In this document: piece after piece, positions 1 to 6,680 of the stretch | Position numbering within the stretch: position 1 is the stretch's first letter | How the letters are laid out: each line of letters starts with the position of its first letter | Origin: Tolypothrix carrinoi HA7290-LM1 | GTDB lineage: Bacteria; Cyanobacteriota; Cyanobacteriia; Cyanobacteriales; Nostocaceae | Reading direction: 5' to 3' | Length of the DNA: 19,569 nt | Assembly: GCA_019358935.1 (NCBI GenBank) | Contig: JAHHIK010000135.1 | Coordinates: 1 to 19,569, forward strand | Translations under genes and position numbers: made by a program | Notes under the pieces: model-generated | What the model saw: only the letters and a program-made list of their open reading frames with translations | The model's database searches: none | What the model was told of the DNA's origin: nothing

Positions 1-124
1 AACGAGTTAAAAACTAGGGTAGTGAAAATTCTGGAAGCGCTGACTGTTGATGTCATCACTTCTTTGGCAGCTTGGGATTACATTATCCAAGCATTATCTG
101 TAGCAGGTATTTAACAAAATGGTA
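1..124 (+). mobile_element. 3' end of an IS630-family element (transposase C-terminus, terminal sequence and TA target); runs off the window
   Basis: Frame 1 reads NELKTRVVKILEALTVDVITSLAAWDYIIQALSVAGI* (1-114), resembling cyanobacterial IS630 transposase C-termini. It ends CAAAATGG|TA (TA at 123-124). Positions 2-125 are the exact reverse complement of 19446-19569. Confidence 0.85.
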
Positions 125-823
125 TAACCATGCTTCCCAGAACTTGGCAGCCTGAGCTTCTAATCTTTTGGAGTAACGGGTTGTATCCTCGCGCAGTCTC
201 GTAATGCTAACACCATGTGTTGCACTTATCTCGCAAGCATGGTTTTTAAACCAAAGCTCCAGACCAAAAGTAGTAACTTCTGGATGAAACTGCAATGCTA
301 GACCACATTTACCCCAGGAAAACGCCTGGTTTTGATACTTTGGGCTAGAGGCAAGATGGATAGACCCGACAGGTAGATCGAAAGTATCACCGTGCCAGTG
401 GAACACAAGGGTGTTCTCTGCTACTAAGTGAGCTAAAGGTGTGTGTATTCCCTCTTTACTTAGTTCTAACGGTGACCAGCCAATCTCTCTATATGGTCCT
501 GGGTAGACTCTAGCACCAAGAGTACGTGCCATTAGTTGAGCTCCCAGACATATTCCTAAAGTAGGCAAATCAGCATCAAGGCGACGCTCTAACAAACGCA
601 GTTCATCAACTAGGAAGGGATAATTCCGATCATCGTAAGCTCCCATAGGACCACCTAGAATGACAAAAATGTCTGGAGTTAGTGGATTGAGACTAGCGAG
701 ATTATCTAGTCCAGCTTCTACGTACGTAACTGCATAATCTTTCTGATGCAAATTTGCTACCAAACTACCAAGATACCCAAAAGCAGGGTTTCTTGTGTGT
801 CTGATTACAGTAATATTTTTCAT
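83..823 (-). CDS. Class I glutamine amidotransferase-like protein (stand-alone; possible gamma-glutamyl hydrolase/peptidase); last 12 aa derived from the IS630 end
   Basis: ILGGPMG, nucleophile elbow GICLGAQL, EIGW, FHWHGDTF and QFHPE give an intact Cys-His-Glu triad. ATG at 823 preferred over GTG at 832. No synthetase domain. Confidence 0.9.
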   Translation of the reverse strand: MKNITVIRHTRNPAFGYLGSLVANLHQKDYAVTYVEAGLDNLASLNPLTPDIFVILGGPMGAYDDRNYPFLVDELRLLERRLDADLPTLGICLGAQLMARTLGARVYPGPYREIGWSPLELSKEGIHTPLAHLVAENTLVFHWHGDTFDLPVGSIHLASSPKYQNQAFSWGKCGLALQFHPEVTTFGLELWFKNHACEISATHGVSITRLREDTTRYSKRLEAQAAKFWEAWLYHFVKYLLQIMLG

Positions 824-1046
824 GCCTATCACTTTTCAAAAGTAAAATCACATCGGTTTTTTTAATCAAGTGCAAAAGTATATGAGTTTTTACAATAATT
901 TCGGAGGATATTTTTTGAGAAAATTCAAATATAAATTGCTAGTATTTACTATTATAGAATTGACCAAAAAATTAACTCTTACATTTTAAGTAAGTCAACC
1001 TAAAAAACGTAAAATAGACTGAGTGCATCATTTCAGTGATGATTGA

Positions 1047-1075
1047 TGTCAGCTCTGTTAAGAATATAGCTGACA
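1047..1075. repeat. Hairpin in the GST-GATase intergenic region
   Basis: TGTCAGCT (1047-1054) / AGCTGACA (1068-1075) perfect 8-bp arms with further inner pairing; no clear U-tract. Confidence 0.45.
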
Positions 1076-1144
1076 CCAGAAGAAGACTGTATCCTTTTAA
1101 AATTAAGCTTTACAGTCGAGCTTAGTGACATTCCAGTAGAAAAC

Positions 1145-1741
1145 TTATAAACCTGGCATACCAACGTAACCCTTAAGCTTCTTTATTCTGTCAATCCAAG
1201 CAACTACATTTGGATAAGCTTCTAAAGAAATCCCTCCCTCCGGCGCAAGCACAATATACGGGTAACAAGCAACATCTGCAATTGTCGGGTGATCAAGTTC
1301 AAGCCAGTTTCGCTTTTGCAAATGTTCGTCCAAAACTTTGAGTATCACATCTGCTCTCTGTTGCACCAACTCTAGGTCTGTCTTCAGGTTAAAAACGAAG
1401 TGCAGTCTAGCTGTAGCAGGACCGTGTTGAATCTCGTTAGCAGCGATGGACAACCACTGCACCACTTTACCCATAGACTCAGCCTCTATTGGTAGCCAGT
1501 TTTCACCGCCGTAGCGTCGTGCAAGATATACCAGAATTGCCTGGGAATCATGAATGACTAGATCGCCATCAATCAGAATCGGTATTTGACCAAGCGGGTT
1601 CAGTTTTAGAAAAGGTGGAGACTTATGCTCACCTTCCATGAAGTTGACAGGTACAATCTCATGCTCCAACCCAAGCAGCGATAGCATAAGCCGTACCTTA
1701 TAGCAATTTCCCGATAACTCGTAATCGAAGAGTTTGATCAT
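1145..1741 (-). CDS. gst: Glutathione S-transferase family protein
   Basis: SGNCYKVRL N-terminal motif, LNPLGQIPIL, DSQAILVYLA, PTIADVACYPY, YPNVVAWIDRI; GGAGGA RBS upstream. Confidence 0.95.
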   Translation of the reverse strand: MIKLFDYELSGNCYKVRLMLSLLGLEHEIVPVNFMEGEHKSPPFLKLNPLGQIPILIDGDLVIHDSQAILVYLARRYGGENWLPIEAESMGKVVQWLSIAANEIQHGPATARLHFVFNLKTDLELVQQRADVILKVLDEHLQKRNWLELDHPTIADVACYPYIVLAPEGGISLEAYPNVVAWIDRIKKLKGYVGMPGL

Positions 1742-1887
1742 TCATTCCTCCCGTTTCTATCAAATCTGAACATTACAACTTGCTCTTGAAAAATATCCAC
1801 TCCCAACTTTTACCAAGTTAGCCTTTAGATGGGTTGTGACTTAAAGGAAAAGTTATCCTTCCAGTCACACAGATAATTTAGCAAGCA

Positions 1888-2469
1888 TTAGAATGATGAA
1901 TTTGGCTGCTTCAAAAATTCTGCCTCCTCTGGCGTTGTGGCTCGACGAAAAATAGCGTTGCGATGGGGAAAACGTCCAAAGCGCTCAATCACCTCTAAGT
2001 GTTGGACAGCCGATGAGGTCATATATACGCTGTCTGGATCATTGCCAAGTTGACGGAACAGTTCAACCGCTTGTCGCTGATGTTCGAGATTCTCGCTGTG
2101 TTCAAAAGGTAAATAGATGAACCAGCGCTGGATTTTTGGTAGCTCCCAATCAAAACCTTTGGCGATCGCATACTGAGCCAAAGAGAGTGCTTGTGGATCT
2201 GTTGCAAATGCTCGGGGATTACCGCGAAACATATTCCGTGGGAACTGATCGAGTAGGAGGATCAACGCCAGACAGCTGTGGGGAGTTTCTTTCCATTGGT
2301 CAAGTTTACCCGCTGCTGCTTTCTCATAGTCTTCCATAAAGCGGGCTTGAATCTCCCGATCAAAATTTGGATTTGGATCTTTAGTAAACCAAATCGCGCG
2401 ATTTTTTCCGTAATCCTCTTCATCTTTTTTTCCAAACCAAAAGTCTAAAATTTTATTAACTCGTGACAT
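1888..2469 (-). CDS. DUF924 family protein
   Basis: ILDFWFG, LILLLDQFPRNMFRG, FIYLPFEHSE, VIERFGRFPHRN. Start placed at ATG 2469 (MSRVNK) because of a GGAGGA RBS; the ORF-track extension to 2568 overlaps an RNA hairpin. Confidence 0.92.
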   Translation of the reverse strand: MSRVNKILDFWFGKKDEEDYGKNRAIWFTKDPNPNFDREIQARFMEDYEKAAAGKLDQWKETPHSCLALILLLDQFPRNMFRGNPRAFATDPQALSLAQYAIAKGFDWELPKIQRWFIYLPFEHSENLEHQRQAVELFRQLGNDPDSVYMTSSAVQHLEVIERFGRFPHRNAIFRRATTPEEAEFLKQPNSSF

Positions 2470-2523
2470 TAAGTCCTCCTGTACATTGTGTGTAAGGTAA
2501 CAGGAAGTCAGATAGAAAATAAA

Positions 2524-2635
2524 GACGAGGCTGTAAAGACTGGCGTACAACAGCCATCGCATTAACAAATATCAACAACTGTTTGGCACGCCAGTCATAC
2601 GAGCCACGACCGAATCTGTACAGGAACGATGGCTA
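2524..2635 (-). other. Long G-U-rich RNA stem-loop with a competing alternative pairing, between the methyltransferase and DUF924
   Basis: On the - strand GACTGGCGTGC pairs with GTACGCCAGTC and AACAGTTGTTG pairs with CGATGGCTGTT (hairpin 2524-2610, about six G-U pairs). Upstream TAGCCATCGT (2635-2626) can instead pair with GCGATGGCTG (2560-2551). Confidence 0.6.
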
Positions 2636-2759
2636 GATTGATATATGATAGGGTCTACAAGTCGAATTAACCTTTAGAGCTTTAGGGTCGCAATCAGAAA
2701 TTAGGTGCTGTTTTGACTGAGAGATAGCTGGTTTAGTTGTATGTCCTTGTCAGCTCTTA

Positions 2760-3539
2760 TTACTCTTGCTTCAGCAGACGCCACCGCGTTACCATGACAT
2801 GAGGAATTCGAGAATAGCGCTTCCATTTTTCTGGTTGCTCAGCTTGTAACCACTCCGGAGGAACTGGCTCCAGGAGACCATCAAGGACAAAACCAGCCTG
2901 AAAGCAAATCCCAAACAGATGCCACAATGGTCGGTGAAAGAAGGGATGACGTATAGGTTGCCCAGGCTTTGCATTTTCATCCCCGATTGCTGGTTGTATG
3001 TAATCTTTTACCAAAACACCTTCCGTACCAAGCCATTGGGTTTGGGTTCCTAACGAGTTAAAACAGGGATGAGTCACTGAGAATACGAACCGTCCCTCGG
3101 GAACAAGCAGCCGACTAAAAGCCTGTATGAGAGGCTCTATGTTTGCCATATCCATAAGTGCCATTGACACCATCGCAGCATGAAAGCAGCGCTCTCCCAG
3201 AGAAGCGAGTTGATCTGGATCGGTTGCATCTAGGAGTTTATACTCAATGCTACCCGATGCATCTATGGTTCGAGCTTTAGCACGTTTCAACAGTTCTTCT
3301 GAAAAATCGCAGGCTAGAACCGATGCTCCTAACCGAGCCAGACTGCGTGCAAAGGTACCGTTACCGGATGCAATTTCAAGTACCCGCTCACCAGGTTTAA
3401 TAGTGAGGAGTGTCTCCATTGCAGGGTTAACGACGTATTCATGGGCGATGTCTATATCACCTACTTGATTGTCCCACCATTGTGCATTTGCATTCCAGAC
3501 ATCGCGTACACGCTGGTTTATTTCCTTTATTTCAATCAT
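2760..3539 (-). CDS. Class I SAM-dependent methyltransferase
   Basis: Motif I RVLEIASGNG, acidic ACDFSE, LLDATD, RLLVPEGRFVFSVTHPCF. ATG at 3539 follows an AAGGTG RBS (ORF track starts at GTG 3548). Confidence 0.92.
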   Translation of the reverse strand: MIEIKEINQRVRDVWNANAQWWDNQVGDIDIAHEYVVNPAMETLLTIKPGERVLEIASGNGTFARSLARLGASVLACDFSEELLKRAKARTIDASGSIEYKLLDATDPDQLASLGERCFHAAMVSMALMDMANIEPLIQAFSRLLVPEGRFVFSVTHPCFNSLGTQTQWLGTEGVLVKDYIQPAIGDENAKPGQPIRHPFFHRPLWHLFGICFQAGFVLDGLLEPVPPEWLQAEQPEKWKRYSRIPHVMVTRWRLLKQE

Positions 3540-3672
3540 GAAGTGCACCTTAATTTTGCGTAGTCTAGAGAAACTTTTCTTTGCTTATCATCTTGCCCCT
3601 TAAAAGAAGGGTAGGGTGGGATGAATTGCTTAATTTCTGTATTGCCAAAGCTTTGAGCAATTTCAATCGGTA

Positions 3673-4530
3673 TCAGGCTACCATTGTTGTTTTTTTCCCA
3701 CTGGAAAATCCCGTTAACAGATTCATTTGAGCATCCCAGAATTCGACCCACAAGTCACAGTATTTATGACATAATTTCGTCATGTCATCGTATTGAGCGG
3801 GAGTGATCGCCTGCATGAGGACGTACCAAAGGTCATCTTCGTGAGTGTCGTCGTTGGCTTCAGCCTGTACATCATCACTAGTCCCATGACAGACATAGTA
3901 CCCTGAGGTGACATTTATCCCTACAGCTTTTATATTTTCACGCAAAGGTGCACTGAACAGGACAACTTCCTGTTCTGCAACTGCAAGCAAGCTCGTTAGT
4001 AAATTTAAATCATTGTAGGTATCCTCCAGACACTTGCGTACCTGCTTGGCAATTTTGCTAGGAATATATCTCTGTCGTTCCTCAAGACTAATTCTCAGTT
4101 CATCAAGTACACGCTCAAACAAAGGATAGTGGGCGTTATAAGGATTGCCTCGATAGTAGCCATACTCATCGAAACCAGGCTGAAAGCCAAACTCGTCTAA
4201 ATCATTCAGGGTGAGGAGAAATCGGGCATACATCTTACTACCAGGTTTGAGTCGCTGTTCCAACTGATGGGTTTGGTATTGTGCCATCAGAAGGGCATCT
4301 GTAAATATCTGCACAATCGCATGACGGTACTCAAGGTGGATGCGTTTCATCTGTTCTCGATTAAAAGCACCCCGATTCAGCGCTGCAATGACTGGATGAG
4401 TTGCAACCGGATGATGCTTCAAGCTAGAGCGTAAGTTAGCAACAAAGTTCTCGTTTTCCAACCATAAAGAAGCAGGTACTGATTCTTTCATTGCCAATCT
4501 GGCTTTTTGACGTGGATTATCCATTTCCAT
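3673..4530 (-). CDS. Putative heme-oxygenase-like diiron oxidase (HDO; CADD/PqqC/TenA fold)
   Basis: Helical-looking 285 aa with HPxxxHP near the N-terminus and LWVEFWD near the C-terminus. Candidate ligands E113, H134, E186, H215, D227, H230 follow the E..H..E..H..DxxH order of CADD-type diiron sites. GGAGGG RBS. Fold assignment is by motif recognition only. Confidence 0.72.
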   Translation of the reverse strand: MEMDNPRQKARLAMKESVPASLWLENENFVANLRSSLKHHPVATHPVIAALNRGAFNREQMKRIHLEYRHAIVQIFTDALLMAQYQTHQLEQRLKPGSKMYARFLLTLNDLDEFGFQPGFDEYGYYRGNPYNAHYPLFERVLDELRISLEERQRYIPSKIAKQVRKCLEDTYNDLNLLTSLLAVAEQEVVLFSAPLRENIKAVGINVTSGYYVCHGTSDDVQAEANDDTHEDDLWYVLMQAITPAQYDDMTKLCHKYCDLWVEFWDAQMNLLTGFSSGKKTTMVA

Positions 4531-4589
4531 GATGTATCCCTCCGTGTATTTCTACTACGATTTTTTAATCCTGATTTAAGGGTGATATG

Positions 4590-4795
4590 GAATGGCACTA
4601 AAATCAGGCGTGGAAGATTTGAGATTGACTGCGCTTTGCTCTTTCTCTTTCTTTTGTAAATTTCGTCTGTTGACTTAGACTGTCAGTAGCAAATGTCAAG
4701 AAAGTAGAAAGTATTTCCGCTCCTTGCTACCCCAAGGTACCTATTCTTCCAAGCCTTTACTATCCAAAGGTTTCACTTTAACAAGCGTGCCATTC
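4590..4795. mobile_element. 206-bp MITE-like element in the HDO leader
   Basis: Perfect terminal inverted repeats GAATGGCAC (4590-4598) / GTGCCATTC (4787-4795); flanks ATATG / ATATT resemble a target duplication; non-coding interior. Confidence 0.65.
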
Positions 4796-4847
4796 ATATT
4801 AAATCTGATTGCATCAGATGTCTCACACCAATTCAAAACCTGAATTA

Positions 4848-4880
4848 AATATAAAACCTACTCCCTAGTGGAGAGTCAAG
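4848..4880 (-). promoter_or_regulatory. MerR-type promoter/operator driving the HDO-MT-DUF924-GST-GATase cluster
   Basis: - strand cTTGACT ctccactagggagtaggttt TATATT: -35 at 4879-4874, 20-bp spacer, -10 at 4853-4848. First 12 bp identical to both copZ promoters; right half-site degenerate (AGTAG versus TGGAG). Confidence 0.75.
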
Positions 4881-5016
4881 CCAAAACGATAAAATTTTTT
4901 CTTTTTTTTTATAGAGTTAATAGATAAAAGTAATACTTTCATAAATCTATCTTTTTACCGGAGTTTATACTAGTGTTCATTGCTGTTCGTCATTTATCGG
5001 GGTGGGATCAGCGAGC

Positions 5017-5330
5017 CTGTCATTTGCCGCCACTTAACTCTCAAAAGCTTTGTCATGAAAAGCTTCTAGAAAAAAATCTTACTTTTACCCTTTGGCGAAG
5101 GATTTGGCGGACTTAACACGCTAGCAGGAAGCTGTACCATTTGAACCCTGCCGATTTTTATAGCCTGAAACCCTTATGGCTACATTGCAAAACTCTGCAC
5201 CAAATAGAGTAAAGGTCAATTGGCACAACAGTAGCGTACTACATATGACATGAGGCGTGAGCAACGGCATTTTATTTTCAAATCTCTTGCACAGCAAGGT
5301 TTTTAGGCGTTATGTGGCGGCAAACGTCAG
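5017..5330. mobile_element. 314-bp MITE-like element, possibly with a nested element at about 5133-5227
   Basis: CTGTCATTTGCCGCCACTTAAC (5017-5038) matches the reverse complement of 5309-5330 (CTGACGTTTGCCGCCACATAAC) at 19/22. Inner TGTACCATTTGA / TCAATTGGCACA match at 10/12. Confidence 0.65.
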
Positions 5331-5528
5331 CAACGGTTATCTTACCCCTTTATCCAGGTAAATGAATGACTTCTACAATATCAGTCTCTAGACAGATGAG
5401 AATACTTTGTTTCTAATAAAAGATTTATATAAAAAACAGCAAATATCATGCCAATATTTTTATGGTATGAACGTAAAAAAGGTTTTTGTGAAGTGAAATA
5501 ATTGTTTTTTAAGCAGGGTCGTTGAATT

Positions 5529-5945
5529 ATGTTAGTTCAGGAACATTTACAACGAATTGGTTCAATTGCTAAACAAAGCGGTATACCTGTTAAGACAATT
5601 CGCTACTATGAAGAACTCGGTCTAGTTCAATCTTCTACTAGAACAGAGGGAGGATTTAGACTATTTCAACTTGATGTTCTCACTCGCTTAAACTTTATCA
5701 AACGTGCTCAAAGCCTTAATTTTAGTCTTTCAGAAATTAAGTTTTTTTTAGATGTTCATGATCAGGGTGATTTGCCTTGTCAGCATATACGATCTCAGAT
5801 GGAATATAAGCTGTCAGAAATTAATCAGCAAATCGAGCAACTGTCGCTCTTGAAATTAGAGCTAGAAGAGCTACTTTTGGGTTGGAGAGTTATAACTAAA
5901 AAACCAGAAAAGACTATCTGCCCTATAATTGAGAAATGTTGTTGA
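5529..5945 (+). CDS. MerR-family heavy-metal-responsive transcriptional regulator
   Basis: IGSIAKQSGIPVKTIRYYEELGL HTH, RTEGGFRLF, RLNFIKRAQSLNFSLSEI; Cys84, Cys131 (CPII), terminal Cys137-Cys138. Confidence 0.95.
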   Translation: MLVQEHLQRIGSIAKQSGIPVKTIRYYEELGLVQSSTRTEGGFRLFQLDVLTRLNFIKRAQSLNFSLSEIKFFLDVHDQGDLPCQHIRSQMEYKLSEINQQIEQLSLLKLELEELLLGWRVITKKPEKTICPIIEKCC

Positions 5946-6038
5946 GAAAGCATTAAGAGTAACAAATTCTTCATCTGTTGAATTAGGTTCGAGTCCCTGG
6001 ACGTCTATACATACACCGCTTTAACATAAATAATCATA

Positions 6039-6178
6039 TATAGCGCTTCTCACTTCGTTGCAATACGGTTAGAACCCCACCCCACTTTTGGCGTTAGCCA
6101 AAGTTTCCCTCCCCACAGGCGGGGAGGGAATTAAGGGGTGGTGTCAAAGCGTACGGCATCCAAACGAGAAACACTGTA
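6039..6178. mobile_element. 140-bp TA-bounded MITE with an internal GC-rich hairpin
   Basis: Imperfect 28-bp terminal inverted repeats (19/28: TATAGCGCTTCTCACTTCGTTGCAATAC ... GTACGGCATCCAAACGAGAAACACTGTA); internal TTCCCTCCCC / GGGGAGGGAA and CCACCCC / GGGGTGG arms. Confidence 0.7.
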
Positions 6179-6374
6179 TAGTTATGGCATAAACATCAAA
6201 TGTTTAACAGCTTGCGCCATGACTATGTTTTTTATGTAGAGGCATTTTTTGTAGAAAATTTGCAAAATCAAGATATGAGAAGCAGCAAGTAATATTCAGG
6301 CTTTGAGGTAAAGCATTGCGTTTACGCAACGTAGCCCCACTTTTTATACTCTCAAAAATTTTTTCTCACTACCC

Positions 6375-6407
6375 CTTGACTCTCCAGCTTACTAGAGATT
6401 TTAAAAT
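6375..6407 (+). promoter_or_regulatory. MerR-type promoter/operator of copZ-pacS-cupredoxin
   Basis: cTTGACT (6376-6381), 20-bp spacer containing CTCCA-gcttac-TAGAG, TAAAAT (6402-6407). Confidence 0.88.
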
Positions 6408-6436
6408 GGAATTATTTGATTAAAAAGGTACATGAT

Positions 6437-6631
6437 ATGACACTTCAATTGAAAGTTCCTAACATGGCTTGTTCTGCTTGTGGAGAAAACATCACAAAAG
6501 CAGTCAAAACCGTCGATCCAGCCGCAACCGTTCAAACTGATACCAAAACTAAGCTTGTCCATATCGAAACTCAAGCATCAAAAGCTGCCGTCACAGAAGC
6601 AATTACGGCAGCAGGTTATACCGTTGTTTAG
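6437..6631 (+). CDS. copZ: Copper chaperone (HMA domain, Atx1/CopZ), copy 1
   Basis: MTLQLKVPNMACSAC...AITAAGY with MxCxxC motif; ATG 6437 lies downstream of an AAAGGT RBS and the promoter. Confidence 0.93.
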   Translation: MTLQLKVPNMACSACGENITKAVKTVDPAATVQTDTKTKLVHIETQASKAAVTEAITAAGYTVV

Positions 6632-6680
6632 CACTAAATTCTCAACAAAAGCAGTTCAGGACATCGTTAGGAGGTTTTGA

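Noticed and set aside
83..823. Calling the GATase guaA or trpG
   Set aside because: No ATP-pyrophosphatase domain or synthase partner; motifs fit stand-alone GATase1 proteins.
3589..3620. Hairpin between the HDO and methyltransferase as a terminator of the cluster
   Set aside because: Its G-U pairs work on the + (antisense) strand, not the mRNA strand; it looks like a degenerate REP-like GTAGGGTGGG repeat.
3673..4530. Naming the HDO pqqC, tenA, flcD or flcE
   Set aside because: No pqq or thiamine genes nearby and orthology cannot be established by eye; only the fold-level call is supported.
4531..4840. Possible RiPP precursor ORF upstream of the HDO
   Set aside because: Only MQSDLI* and an 18-aa ORF (MNGTLVKVKPLDSKGLEE*) were found; the latter lies almost wholly in the MITE. 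Neither has an evident RBS or core-like motif.
5986..5996. GGTTCGAGTCC, resembling a tRNA T-loop or att remnant
   Set aside because: The T-stem pairs for only 2-3 bp; no acceptor stem, anticodon arm, CCA or second copy is visible.
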